From: an uncultured Aggregatibacter sp.
Lineage (GTDB): Bacteria > Pseudomonadota > Gammaproteobacteria > Enterobacterales > Pasteurellaceae
Reading direction: 5' to 3'
Length of the DNA: 64,000 bases
Assembly (NCBI GenBank): GCA_963515835.1
Contig: CAUPZK010000003.1
Location: 21,253 to 85,252, forward strand
Positions 11,460 to 22,060 of the stretch are shown in pieces. The notes below the pieces were generated by a model. That model did no database searches. It was not told where the DNA came from and was given only the letters and a program-made list of their open reading frames with translations. A program made the translations under genes and the position numbers. Numbering within the stretch: the first letter of the stretch is position 1; each line of letters begins with the position of its first letter.

Positions 11460-12060
11460 TATGCTGAAGATCGAAAAGTTACAGGCCGGTATTTTGCAAC
11501 AGGTTTCTCTTTGTGTAGCAAAAGGAGAATGTGTCGCCGTAGTAGGCGAGTCGGGGAGCGGAAAAACTACCTTGCTAAATGCAATCGCCGGTTATATTGA
11601 TTATGAGGGTGAGATTTTACTCGCACAGAAAAACCTGAATGCATTGCCACCATGGCAACGAAATTGTCGTTATTTAAATCAGCGCTTGTATTTATTTCCG
11701 CATAAAAGCATCGCCGGTAATTTAATGCTCGCCAAACCCGATGCGTCCCGTGAAGAACAGTTGGCATTGTTGGAAAAATTGAAAATCGCCCATTTAATTG
11801 ATCGTTATCCTCATCAATTATCCGGTGGCGAACAACAACGGTCGGCGCTTGCCAGAGCGTTAATTCATCTGCCGGATTTACTGTTATTGGATGAGCCTTT
11901 TTCTTCTCTTGATTGGCAAACCCGTGAGCATATTTGGCATGAGGTAAAAAGCCTAACTCAGGCATTGCAGATCACCACATTATTAGTAACACATGAGCCG
12001 AAAGAGGCGGATTTTTTAGCAGAAAGACAGGTTCGATTGCATTTAGGACGATTTATTTAA
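11452..12060 (+). CDS. modC: ABC transporter ATP-binding subunit (short, no TOBE domain)
   Basis: [28 protein letters not shown]. Confidence 0.85.
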   Translation: MFNMLKIEKLQAGILQQVSLCVAKGECVAVVGESGSGKTTLLNAIAGYIDYEGEILLAQKNLNALPPWQRNCRYLNQRLYLFPHKSIAGNLMLAKPDASREEQLALLEKLKIAHLIDRYPHQLSGGEQQRSALARALIHLPDLLLLDEPFSSLDWQTREHIWHEVKSLTQALQITTLLVTHEPKEADFLAERQVRLHLGRFI

Positions 12061-12069
12061 GGAGAACAC

Positions 12070-12918
12070 ATGATTTATTTTTCAGACAAAGAATTAGACG
12101 ATTTTTTATTGGAGGATATTTATCGTGGCGATTTGACGACGCGCGCGCTCGGTTTGGATAACGTGCCGGCGAGAATTTTATTTAAACGTAAAAATGCCGG
12201 TATTGTGGCAGGAATTCGCGTGGCAGAAAAATTGCTGAGAAAACTGGATATTGAACCGCAGGTTTATGTGCAGGAAGGCGAAGCCGTTGACGCCGGCACG
12301 GTGCTGTTAAGTGCGGTGGCTTCCGGCGACAAATTACATCAGGCATGGAAGGTGGTTCAGCTCGTATTGGAATGGTCTTGTGGCGTGGCACAATACACGG
12401 CGGACATGATCGCTAATGCCAAAGCCATTCATCCTCATGCAGTAGTGGCTTGCACCCGCAAAAGCATTCCGAATACCCGAAAATTGGCGACCAATGCGGT
12501 GTTGGCGGCGGGCGGGCATATTCATCGCCAAGGCATGAGTGAAACGTTGCTGGTGTTTACCAATCATCGCAACTTGCTTGAAGAACCCGATAATTGGTTG
12601 GCCATTGTGGAACGTTTAAGACGGGAAGCACCGGAAAATAAAATTACTTTGGAAGCGGATAATTTCAGTCAATTTGAACAAATGTTAGATGCCGAACCGG
12701 ATATTATTCAGTTGGATAAATGGTCGGTGGATGACGTGAAGCGGGCATTGTCTTTGGTAGCGGCAAGTGGCAAAAAAATCATCCTGTCTGTTGCGGGCGG
12801 CGTAAATAAAAATAATGTGGCGGATTATGCCAAGTTGGGTATTCATTTATTTATCACCTCCGCCCCTTATTACGCCCCACCGGAAGATATTAAAGTGGTG
12901 ATTGAACGGCAGCCTTAA
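12070..12918 (+). CDS. modD: ModD (NadC/quinolinate phosphoribosyltransferase-like protein)
   Basis: [37 protein letters not shown]; last gene of the mod operon. Confidence 0.88.
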   Translation: MIYFSDKELDDFLLEDIYRGDLTTRALGLDNVPARILFKRKNAGIVAGIRVAEKLLRKLDIEPQVYVQEGEAVDAGTVLLSAVASGDKLHQAWKVVQLVLEWSCGVAQYTADMIANAKAIHPHAVVACTRKSIPNTRKLATNAVLAAGGHIHRQGMSETLLVFTNHRNLLEEPDNWLAIVERLRREAPENKITLEADNFSQFEQMLDAEPDIIQLDKWSVDDVKRALSLVAASGKKIILSVAGGVNKNNVADYAKLGIHLFITSAPYYAPPEDIKVVIERQP

Positions 12919-12984
12919 AAAACACGGCGAAAAACGACCGCACTTTTCGATTAAAAGTCTCATTTTGTATTCGCGCTGTGGCGG

Positions 12985-13320
12985 TTAAATGCAACCGCCG
13001 CAACTGCCACAACGCCAGTCTTCCGGGTTCACCGCTTGATAAAACGCCCGCATGTAGTCTTCTTCCAAGGGAATGTTGTATTGAATAAATAAATCCGACA
13101 GCCAATCCATGTTGGCTAAAATCCAGTCGCTTTCATCCAAGCCTTCTAAATAAAGCTCATCTTCGGGATCAATAAAATTATAGATATTTCTGGTGCCCAT
13201 ATCTTTATCACGGCGTTCAGTGGGGAGGACGAGAGGTATGCCGTTATAGCGAATATCCCAATGTCCTAAGCAGAGCGTATGCCCTTTTGCCGTCCATTCG
13301 GCTTTAAATGGATTTTGCAT
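12985..13320 (-). CDS. Hypothetical protein with C-terminal CGSCGGC motif
   Basis: 111-aa acidic ORF filling the modD-tldD gap; ends DWRCGSCGGCI. Confidence 0.75.
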   Translation of the reverse strand: MQNPFKAEWTAKGHTLCLGHWDIRYNGIPLVLPTERRDKDMGTRNIYNFIDPEDELYLEGLDESDWILANMDWLSDLFIQYNIPLEEDYMRAFYQAVNPEDWRCGSCGGCI

Positions 13321-13531
13321 AACCGGTTACTTAATTGGAAAAATAAGGCGTTTAGTATAATTCCCTACAAGAAATGAGCCATACTACAAAGTTGGTAATC
13401 CGACTGTTCGGCTGAAAAAATAGAACGACACCAATCAGATCAAAAAGTAATTAGCCTTTCCCAGAGAGCGCGAATTCGCTATAATTTGCGCATTTTTTAT
13501 CAATCTATTTTTCGATATAAGTAAATATTTC

Positions 13532-14980
13532 ATGTTAAAACAAGTCACCGAGTCTTTATTAACCCGCAGTCATTTGGCGTTATCCGATTTATCCAACGTA
13601 TTTGATACGTTAGCGCAACGCAACGTAGATTATGGCGATTTATATTTTCAGCTGAGTCAGGATGAAAATTGGGTATTAGAAGACGGGATTATTAAAGAAG
13701 GCGGATTTCATATTGATCGCGGCGTAGGCGTGCGTGCAGTCAGTGGCGAGAAAACCGGTTTTGCCTATTCTGACCAAATTAATTTAGCCAATTTGCAACA
13801 ATGCGCACAGGCAGTGCGTGGTATTGCGCAACCTTCTCAGTGTAATTTTATTCTGCCGGTTAGATTTAATCCGGTGGACGCACCGCTGCGTTATCAACCC
13901 ATTAATCCGTTATACAGCTTAAGCCAAGAGCAAAAAATTGAATTATTACGCTTAGTGGACAAAACCGCCCGCGCGGAAGACCCGCGAGTGGTGCAGGTGA
14001 ATGCCGGCTTGAGTATGGTATATGAAGAAATGTTGGTAGCCGCCACTGACGGCACGTTGGCGGCAGATATTCGCCCACTCATTCGTTTATCGGTTTCCGT
14101 GTTGGTAGAACAAGACGGTAAGCGTGAGCGTGGCAGTGCGGGCGCAGGCGGTCGTTTCGGTTTGGAATGGTTCTTTGAGAGCTATAAAGGCGAACAAAGA
14201 GCGGTCTATTTTGCAAAAGAATCGGTGCGTCAAGCATTGGTGAATTTAGGCGCGGTGGCGGCGCCGGCAGGATTAATGCCGGTGGTGTTGGGCGCAGGTT
14301 GGCCGGGTGTGTTATTACATGAAGCGGTAGGGCACGGCTTAGAGGGCGATTTTAATCGTAAAGAAAGTTCATTATTTACCGGCAAAATCGGCGAATTAGT
14401 CACATCGCCGTTATGCACAATCGTAGATGATGGCACTTTAATAGATCGTCGTGGTTCCGTAACCGTTGACGATGAAGGTGTGCCGAGCCAACATAACGTG
14501 CTAATCAAAGACGGTATTTTGCAGAAATACATGCAAGATAAAATGAATGCCCGTTTGATGGGCGTGCAACCGACAGGCAATGGACGTCGTGAATCCTATG
14601 CCCATTTGCCAATGCCACGCATGACCAATACTTATATGTTGGCAGGCAAAGATAAATTTGAGGATTTGGTGGCTTCCGTAGAACACGGCATTTTTGCACC
14701 GCACTTTGGTGGCGGCCAAGTGGATATTACCTCCGGCAAATTCGTGTTCTCTACTTCAGAAGCTTATTTGATCGAAAAAGGCAAAATCACTAAGCCGGTG
14801 AAGGGCGCAACCTTAATCGGTAGTGGTATTGAAGTGATGCAAAATGTGTCCATGGTTGCCGATGAAGTGGCATTGGATCATGGTGTAGGCACTTGTGGTA
14901 AAGAAGGACAAAGCGTGCCGGTAGGCGTAGGGCAACCGGCATTGAAAATCGATCAAATTACCGTAGGCGGAACGAATTAA
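13532..14980 (+). CDS. tldD: Metalloprotease TldD
   Basis: [36 protein letters not shown]. Confidence 0.97.
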   Translation: MLKQVTESLLTRSHLALSDLSNVFDTLAQRNVDYGDLYFQLSQDENWVLEDGIIKEGGFHIDRGVGVRAVSGEKTGFAYSDQINLANLQQCAQAVRGIAQPSQCNFILPVRFNPVDAPLRYQPINPLYSLSQEQKIELLRLVDKTARAEDPRVVQVNAGLSMVYEEMLVAATDGTLAADIRPLIRLSVSVLVEQDGKRERGSAGAGGRFGLEWFFESYKGEQRAVYFAKESVRQALVNLGAVAAPAGLMPVVLGAGWPGVLLHEAVGHGLEGDFNRKESSLFTGKIGELVTSPLCTIVDDGTLIDRRGSVTVDDEGVPSQHNVLIKDGILQKYMQDKMNARLMGVQPTGNGRRESYAHLPMPRMTNTYMLAGKDKFEDLVASVEHGIFAPHFGGGQVDITSGKFVFSTSEAYLIEKGKITKPVKGATLIGSGIEVMQNVSMVADEVALDHGVGTCGKEGQSVPVGVGQPALKIDQITVGGTN

Positions 14981-15032
14981 TGATAATGGTAAATAACAGC
15001 GTCAATTTTAAAGTTAATCAAGGGAGTATCTG

Positions 15033-18000
15033 ATGCAAGGCAAAGTAAAATTTTCAGTGCTTGGTGCACTCGTATTAGCCATAGCAGCCGGTGGTGGCAG
15101 TTATTGGTATCAGCAGCAAAAGGGAAATGAAAACAATGCGGTTCACGTGAAATTTAATCCCATTGAACCAACCTATTACGGGGAAGAAGGCGCATCAAAT
15201 ACCATTTATCCGCTGAATATTGAATTTAATGGTGCTGCCGCACCGATTGATAAACTGAAGTCTGAGATCACGCAAGGCATTAAAATGGAACCTGCCCTTG
15301 AAGGGAAATGGGTTTGGTCGAGTGATAATTTACTGAGTTTTACGCCCGCACAGGATTGGCCAACTGGGCAAGAATATAAAATCACGTTAGATAAAACGGC
15401 ATTAAACCCTGGGTTAACCTATGCGAAATCGGTTACCACGCCTCATTCTGTAAAAACCCAGCCTTTTAGTGTTGTCGACTCCGATGCGGACTTTTATCAG
15501 GATCCGAATGTCTTTCATGTTCGTCATGCGTTAACGCATTTGGTGTTTTCCAATCCGGTTGATCCGAAGACCTTAGAAAGTACGGTTGAAGTAAATTTAG
15601 TTCGCAAAAATCAGGATCAATCGCTTAATTTGATTAATCCGTTGAAATTTAAGATTCGTTATTCCGACAATAAATTGGAAGCGTGGATCAGCTCGGATGA
15701 CCTGTCTTTATCGACCCAACCGAATCAATTTGTGCAAACGAAAATTAGCCAAACCTTGCGGGCGAAGACCGGTGTGAATACCTTAGAAAAAGACATCACC
15801 AAACTCGTGCCGGTGCCGACGAAATACAGTCTGCAAAACGAGGATAATAGTTTTAAGGTTATTAACAATCAGCAAAATGAAGCAGAACAGGTTCTAACCT
15901 TTAATTTCAACTATGGCGTGAAAGGCAAAGACATTGCCGAGAATCTTATTGCAATCTTATTACCGGCATTACCCGAAGGACAAAGTTGGGAATCGGAAAA
16001 ATTAACGGAAGCGGCTGTTAGACGTGGCGAACGTGTTCAACCGGAATTAATTCCAAGCGAACATCCTTACTCAGCGCAACAATCTTTCCGTTTTGATATT
16101 CCGGAAGGGCGTTGCCTTTATTTGCAACTGAATAACAAATTCACAGCCTTGGGCGGTTATCAACTGAAAAAACCGATTGGCAGCTTAGAATGTGCGCCGA
16201 ATTATCCAACCTATGTCAGCTTTGTGGGCAAAGGTTCTTTATTGTCTCAATATGGCGACGGCAAATTAACCCTTGCTGTACGTAACGCTGACAGTGTGCA
16301 ACTGGATATTGGCCGCGTACAGGCTGAGCAACTTCGTCATGTGGCAAATTTAAATAGCAACAGTTTCCAAAAACCGGATTTAGGCAATTTGAAATTTGAT
16401 GATATTGCGACGTTTAAAACGGAAACCCTTACTGTTGCTAACGATAATCCACGTAAATCGGATTATCTCAGCGTAGATTTATCGCAAAAAGGTTTGCCAA
16501 AACAAGGGATCTTTTGGGTGAAAGCAAGTGCGGTCTCTTCTGGCAGTGAATCTGATGGCGATAATTTAAAAGATAGCAAAGATGAAGATGGCTATTATTA
16601 TTGGAATTCCGATCCGGATTCGCAAACCAGTGATTACCGTTTAATTGTGTTGACGGATTTAGGCATTATTGCGAAAAAAGCCGCAGATGGGACACAATCT
16701 GTTTTCGTGCAATCGATTGCCAGTGGTGCACCGGTGTCGAATGCGTTGGTGAAAGTTATTTCCCGTAATAACACCGTGATTGCCAGCCAATTTACCAATA
16801 AACTTGGGGTTGCTCAGCTTCCATCTTTAGAGAATTTCAAGCAAGAACTTGAGCCGGTTATGTATTTAGTCACACGTGGGCAAGATCAGTCTTTCCTACC
16901 GATTGATAAATCAGACCGCACTTTAGATTTTTCCCGTTTTGATATTCGGGGTCAGGAAATTTCGCCGGAAAAAAACGCCATTAAGACCTTCTTGTTTAAT
17001 GATCGAGGTATTTATCGCCCCGGAGAGTCCGTGTATACCGGCATGATCAGCAAGGCGTTGGATTGGAAAAAATCCTTGGCCAATGTGCCACTCACTTTAG
17101 AAATCACGTCACCATCCGGTAAAACCCAATGGCAAAAAACAATCCGAGTGAGTGAAAGTGGTTTTAATGATTTGACTTATCCGTTGTCGGAAAATGCAGA
17201 AACCGGTGAATGGACGGCACATATTTTAATTGGTCAACAGCAAGAACAAATTGATGTTGGTTCTATGACGTTCCAAGTGCAGGAATTTGAACCGGATACG
17301 TTGAAAATCAATACGATGTTTAATCGTAGCCAACAAGCCGGTTGGGTTTCTCCGCAGGATTTAAAGGCGACCATCCATTTAACAAATTTATTTGGTATGC
17401 CGGCGCAAAAACGCCGGGTGAGTGCAAACATCATGTTGCATTCTCTCTTCCCGAGTTTTCCTGAATACAAGAATTATCAGTTCTATGATAATCAACGCAA
17501 TAAAAATGCGATTTTGTTGGAAACCGAATTACAGGATCAAACCACGGATAACAACGGTGATGCCGTTTTTGCCTTGAATTTAGCGCAAGAAGCGGAAAAT
17601 ACCGTACAAATGTTGTATTTCACAGCGGACGGCTATGAAAATAACAGCGGTCGTGGCGTATCCAAAGTGCAATCAGTGTTGGTTTCTGCGCAACCTTGGT
17701 TAGTGGGTTACAGCAGTGCACAAGACTTGAATTATTTAAGAGAAAACGGCGTAAGTCAGGTGAACTTAATTGCGATTAATCCAAGTCTGCAAAAAATTTC
17801 CGTGCAAGGGCTAAGTGCGGTCTTAATGGAGCGTAAATATGTTTCCGTGCTAACCGAACAACGTTCCGGTGCTTATAAGTACGAATCTAAACTGGTAGAA
17901 AATCAAATTGATGAAAAACCGTTGGATATTGATCAAAATGGGTCTGATTTTGCTTTGAACACTGAACGCAGTGGTGATTTTGTACTGGTCATTAATAACC

Positions 18001-20792
18001 AATACGGTGAAACCGTCAATCGCATTCCTTATACGGTGATTGGCAACAGCAACGTCTCTGTCGCCATGGATAAAAACACCGAACTTAAATTGAACTTGAA
18101 CAAAAAACAATTTATGCCGGGTGAAGAAATCGAGGTGGCAATTAATGCACCTTATGCGGGGAGTGGATTAATCACCATTGAACGTGATCGTGTATATGCC
18201 CATCAATGGTTTAAATCCACGACTAACCGTTCTGTACAAAAAATCAGAATTCCTGAGAATTTTGAGGGAAGTGGTTATATTAACGTGCAATTCTCTCGTG
18301 ATATGCAATCTGATGATATTTTCACTAGCCCGCTAAGTTATGGCGTTGCGCCGTTTAGCGTCAATGTGGATAACCATCGTTTGAATGTGACGTTAAATGT
18401 ACCGCAGCAAGTGAAGTCCGGTGATAAAGTGCAGTTTACGTTATCTTCCGATAAACCAAGTAAAGCAGTAATTTATGCGGTAAATGAAGGCATCTTGCAA
18501 GTGGCTGGTCATAAACAAGAAGATCCGTTGAAGTTTTTCTTCCCGAAATATGCCCTTCAAGTGGAAACGTTGCAGATTTTGGATTTGATTTTGCCGGAAT
18601 TTCGTAAAGTATTGCAGTTTGCACAAACCGGTGGTGACTCGGAAGAAGTGGCAATGTTGGCAAAAGCCTTAGCGGCCAATACCAATCCATTTAAACGTAA
18701 AACCGATAAACCGGCAGTGTTCTGGTCAAATATTGTGGATGTGGATGGAAGCAAAACGGTAACTTACCAAATTCCACCGGGCTTTAATGGTAATTTGAAA
18801 GTCATGGCGGTTGCCGTAACAAATGACGGTTCACAGATGAATATCGCACAAGCGGAAACCTTGGTGCGTGACGACATGATTTTATCGCCAAGTGCGCCGA
18901 TAACCTTGGCACCGAATGATGAAAGTAAAGTCAGTTTGACCGTTTCGAATAATACGAAGAGTAAACAAAATGTGCTTGTTCAGCTCAATGTTGCACCACA
19001 ATTCCAAGTATTAAGTAATGCGCAAACCTCCATTGTATTAGCCCCGATGAGCGAAGGCGTGGTGGATTTCCAATTAAAAGCAACAGATTTGCTTGGTAGC
19101 GGCATTTTATATTTCACCGCGGCTTACTTAGATGAACAGCAACAACCGGTACAGGTTGAACGCAAATATGGTATTTCCGTGCGTCCATTAACGGCGAAAC
19201 AGCAATTCATCAAAGTGGGTGATGTGGCGGCAAATCAACAGGTACAAGGCGAATTACCTAATCTCTTGTTCCCACAACGCCGTGAGCAATATGCGCTGAT
19301 TTCTTCCGCTCCGTTAGCCTTAGCGAAAGGTATCACAAGTTATTTAGGCAACTATGACAACTTGTGTACGGAACAAATTATCAGTGCGGCAATGCCTAAT
19401 CTGTTATTGGCAAATAATCCTGAGTATCAAAGTTTACTTGGCGTTTTATCACAAGCGGGCGACAAGCAGGCTATTGAAGCCACTAAACAGCAATTACACA
19501 ACAATTTGAATCGTGTCTTTAGTTTATTACCGGCACGCCAAACTGAGAATGAAGGCTTTGGTTTATGGTCCGGTTTAGATGAAGATGATGCATTCTTAAC
19601 GGCCTATGTGGCGCATTTCCTCATTGAAGCGCAAGAGCACAATGTGCAATTACCGGCCGCATGGGTCGCGCCAAACGGCTTGTTTAATCAAACTATCGCA
19701 GCATTAGAACGTTTAAGTCGCCCGGAAAGTGAAGATGATTTAACCATGCTCCGTCAACGCGCTTATGCGACGTACTTATTGGCGCGTTTCGGTCAAGTGC
19801 CAAGCGACAGCTTAATGTCTATCCGTAGTCTATTGGAGCGTCATTTCAAAGCGGAAGAGTGGCAATCGGATTTAACAACCGCTTGGTTGGCCGGCGCTTA
19901 TCAGTTGGTGAAACAGGAAGAAGATGCAAACACGCTGATGAACAATCTGATGGAACATTTTGCTCATTCGCAGGCAAAAACCGAATGGTTCTACCGCGAT
20001 TATTCAGATCCGTTAATTGAGAAAAGTTCGGTATTGTATGTGTTGTCACGTCATTTCCCGAAACAGGCAGCACTATTGTCTAGTGGCTTGTTTGAAGGCA
20101 TTGTGCAAGATTTGAACGACAACCGTTATAACAGCTTGTCTTCCGCAATGGTGCTTTTAGCGTTAGAGGCTTACGGTAAGCAATACCCTGACCAACTTGA
20201 AAAATTACATATTCAACAAGAAGGTCAAAATATCGGCAGAGTACAAGGCGCTTTTGTGTTAGCCAATATCAATGCAGACAAAGCAACGCTTAACTTTGTT
20301 AACCAAAGTACGCAAAGAGCCTGGTATGCTATTAGCCAATCCGGCTATGTACAACAACCGTCTGCTGAGGCCATTAAAAACGGCGTTGAAATCGACCGCA
20401 CTTACTTAGATAAAGACGGCAAACCGGTGACTTCCGTGAAACTTGGCGACATCATTAACGTACAAGTCAATGTGCGTTCATTGCAAAATGTGCAAGACAA
20501 CATGGTGATTACCGACCTTTATCCGGCTGGATTTGAAGTGGTAACGGGGAATGGTGACATGAGCGCACAAGAGGAAACTCAACAACGTTTTAACTGGGTA
20601 CACCGTGATTTGCGTGAAGACCGTATGTTGAGCTACGGTTCCGTGGGAGAGACCACCACCGTCATTCAATATCAATTAAAAGCAGTGAACGTGGGTAAAT
20701 TCAAAATTCCACAGGCTTATGCAGAAAACATGTATAACCGTGCGGTTAATGCCCAATCTGCTGCGAAAGGGGATATTGAAGTGATTCAATAA
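15033..20792 (+). CDS. Bacterial alpha-2-macroglobulin (YfhM-like) with thioester motif
   Basis: 1919 aa; DRGIYRPGE MG-domain motif, AVNEGILQ, CTEQ thioester motif at 19365-19376, C-terminal REDR...AENMY. Confidence 0.93.
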   Translation: MQGKVKFSVLGALVLAIAAGGGSYWYQQQKGNENNAVHVKFNPIEPTYYGEEGASNTIYPLNIEFNGAAAPIDKLKSEITQGIKMEPALEGKWVWSSDNLLSFTPAQDWPTGQEYKITLDKTALNPGLTYAKSVTTPHSVKTQPFSVVDSDADFYQDPNVFHVRHALTHLVFSNPVDPKTLESTVEVNLVRKNQDQSLNLINPLKFKIRYSDNKLEAWISSDDLSLSTQPNQFVQTKISQTLRAKTGVNTLEKDITKLVPVPTKYSLQNEDNSFKVINNQQNEAEQVLTFNFNYGVKGKDIAENLIAILLPALPEGQSWESEKLTEAAVRRGERVQPELIPSEHPYSAQQSFRFDIPEGRCLYLQLNNKFTALGGYQLKKPIGSLECAPNYPTYVSFVGKGSLLSQYGDGKLTLAVRNADSVQLDIGRVQAEQLRHVANLNSNSFQKPDLGNLKFDDIATFKTETLTVANDNPRKSDYLSVDLSQKGLPKQGIFWVKASAVSSGSESDGDNLKDSKDEDGYYYWNSDPDSQTSDYRLIVLTDLGIIAKKAADGTQSVFVQSIASGAPVSNALVKVISRNNTVIASQFTNKLGVAQLPSLENFKQELEPVMYLVTRGQDQSFLPIDKSDRTLDFSRFDIRGQEISPEKNAIKTFLFNDRGIYRPGESVYTGMISKALDWKKSLANVPLTLEITSPSGKTQWQKTIRVSESGFNDLTYPLSENAETGEWTAHILIGQQQEQIDVGSMTFQVQEFEPDTLKINTMFNRSQQAGWVSPQDLKATIHLTNLFGMPAQKRRVSANIMLHSLFPSFPEYKNYQFYDNQRNKNAILLETELQDQTTDNNGDAVFALNLAQEAENTVQMLYFTADGYENNSGRGVSKVQSVLVSAQPWLVGYSSAQDLNYLRENGVSQVNLIAINPSLQKISVQGLSAVLMERKYVSVLTEQRSGAYKYESKLVENQIDEKPLDIDQNGSDFALNTERSGDFVLVINNQYGETVNRIPYTVIGNSNVSVAMDKNTELKLNLNKKQFMPGEEIEVAINAPYAGSGLITIERDRVYAHQWFKSTTNRSVQKIRIPENFEGSGYINVQFSRDMQSDDIFTSPLSYGVAPFSVNVDNHRLNVTLNVPQQVKSGDKVQFTLSSDKPSKAVIYAVNEGILQVAGHKQEDPLKFFFPKYALQVETLQILDLILPEFRKVLQFAQTGGDSEEVAMLAKALAANTNPFKRKTDKPAVFWSNIVDVDGSKTVTYQIPPGFNGNLKVMAVAVTNDGSQMNIAQAETLVRDDMILSPSAPITLAPNDESKVSLTVSNNTKSKQNVLVQLNVAPQFQVLSNAQTSIVLAPMSEGVVDFQLKATDLLGSGILYFTAAYLDEQQQPVQVERKYGISVRPLTAKQQFIKVGDVAANQQVQGELPNLLFPQRREQYALISSAPLALAKGITSYLGNYDNLCTEQIISAAMPNLLLANNPEYQSLLGVLSQAGDKQAIEATKQQLHNNLNRVFSLLPARQTENEGFGLWSGLDEDDAFLTAYVAHFLIEAQEHNVQLPAAWVAPNGLFNQTIAALERLSRPESEDDLTMLRQRAYATYLLARFGQVPSDSLMSIRSLLERHFKAEEWQSDLTTAWLAGAYQLVKQEEDANTLMNNLMEHFAHSQAKTEWFYRDYSDPLIEKSSVLYVLSRHFPKQAALLSSGLFEGIVQDLNDNRYNSLSSAMVLLALEAYGKQYPDQLEKLHIQQEGQNIGRVQGAFVLANINADKATLNFVNQSTQRAWYAISQSGYVQQPSAEAIKNGVEIDRTYLDKDGKPVTSVKLGDIINVQVNVRSLQNVQDNMVITDLYPAGFEVVTGNGDMSAQEETQQRFNWVHRDLREDRMLSYGSVGETTTVIQYQLKAVNVGKFKIPQAYAENMYNRAVNAQSAAKGDIEVIQ

Positions 20793-20805
20793 TCGCTTAA
20801 AAAAG

Positions 20806-20839
20806 AAAAAACTCTCCCTCGTTTGAGGGAGAGTTTTTT
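20806..20839 (+). terminator. Intrinsic terminator after alpha-2-macroglobulin
   Basis: AAAAAACTCTCCCTC-gttt-GAGGGAGAGTTTTTT. Confidence 0.88.
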
Positions 20840-20930
20840 ATTGCGAACGGTTTACAAGCCCTAAAGTGCGGTCAGAATCAACTGCATTTTTCGCTGTTCT
20901 CAGCGTATAATGAAGCCTCATTTCCCTTTC

Positions 20931-21956
20931 ATGACAAATCAAATGAAAAATCGATCATTCTATTTCGGGCTTATTTGTGTGGCATTTTTAGCATTTATCG
21001 CACAACAAATAAGTCAAACACCATTTGCTCAGCAGGCGCATTTAAGCGCGCTTATTATTGCCATTTTGCTGGGGATGCTCTTTGGTAATAGTGTTTATAA
21101 ACGTTATGAAAGCCATATTGAAAAAGGCGTTTTGTTTGCTAAAGGACAGATTTTACGTGCCGGGATCGTGTTGTATGGTTTTCGAATCACGTTGCAAGAT
21201 ATTACTGACGTGGGAATAAACGCAATTCTGACCGATGGCCTGATGTTACTTTCTACTTTTTTGCTCACCTGTATTATTGGTATTCGTTATCTGAAAATGG
21301 ATAAACAACTTGTTTATCTCACGGCTTCCGGTTGCAGTATTTGTGGTGCAGCTGCCGTGATGGCCGCCGCACCGGTAACAAAGGCAGAATCGCATAAAGT
21401 GTCGGTGGCGATTGCGGTGGTGGTGATCTTCGGCACGCTCTCCATTTTTTTGTATCCGCTTTTTTATCCTTGGCTCAGCACATTAATGACACCATACCAA
21501 TTCGGTATTTATGTGGGCTCTAGCGTGCATGAAGTGGCGCAGGTTTATGCCATTGGCGGCAACATTAGCCCTGTCGTCGCAGATACAGCGGTGATCACGA
21601 AAATGATTCGGGTCATGATGTTGGCCCCTTTCTTATTGGGATTGTCTTGGCTTTTGACTAAAGATGCGCAAGCAGGAGCGTCACGGAAAATTACTATTCC
21701 ATGGTTTGCGCTTTGGTTTATTGCTGTTGCAGTGTTCAATTCGTTTAATTTGTTGCCACAAGCGTTAGTAAAATGTTTGGTTGAGCTTGATACGTTTCTG
21801 CTTGTTTCTGCGATGGCCGCGTTGGGGTTAACAACGCATATCGGTGCAATTAAACAGGCCGGTTTTAAGCCGTTGATTCTCGGTACCTTGGTTTACCTTT
21901 GGTTAATTGTCGGAGGTTTGTTAGTCAACTATGAAGCGGGGCTCTTTTTGTCATAG
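20931..21956 (+). CDS. yeiH: YeiH/YadS-family (UPF0324) membrane protein, putative sulfate exporter family
   Basis: [38 protein letters not shown]; start uncertain (20910, 20931 or 20943). Confidence 0.88.
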   Translation: MTNQMKNRSFYFGLICVAFLAFIAQQISQTPFAQQAHLSALIIAILLGMLFGNSVYKRYESHIEKGVLFAKGQILRAGIVLYGFRITLQDITDVGINAILTDGLMLLSTFLLTCIIGIRYLKMDKQLVYLTASGCSICGAAAVMAAAPVTKAESHKVSVAIAVVVIFGTLSIFLYPLFYPWLSTLMTPYQFGIYVGSSVHEVAQVYAIGGNISPVVADTAVITKMIRVMMLAPFLLGLSWLLTKDAQAGASRKITIPWFALWFIAVAVFNSFNLLPQALVKCLVELDTFLLVSAMAALGLTTHIGAIKQAGFKPLILGTLVYLWLIVGGLLVNYEAGLFLS

Positions 21957-22060
21957 ACAGAAAAGGAATTTAATTCGTAAGTTAAGTAAAAAGGGCGGAG
22001 CTGTCTTGGCGATAAAACACATTGAAAATCTACCGCACTTTTTTGTTTTTGTCATGTTTG

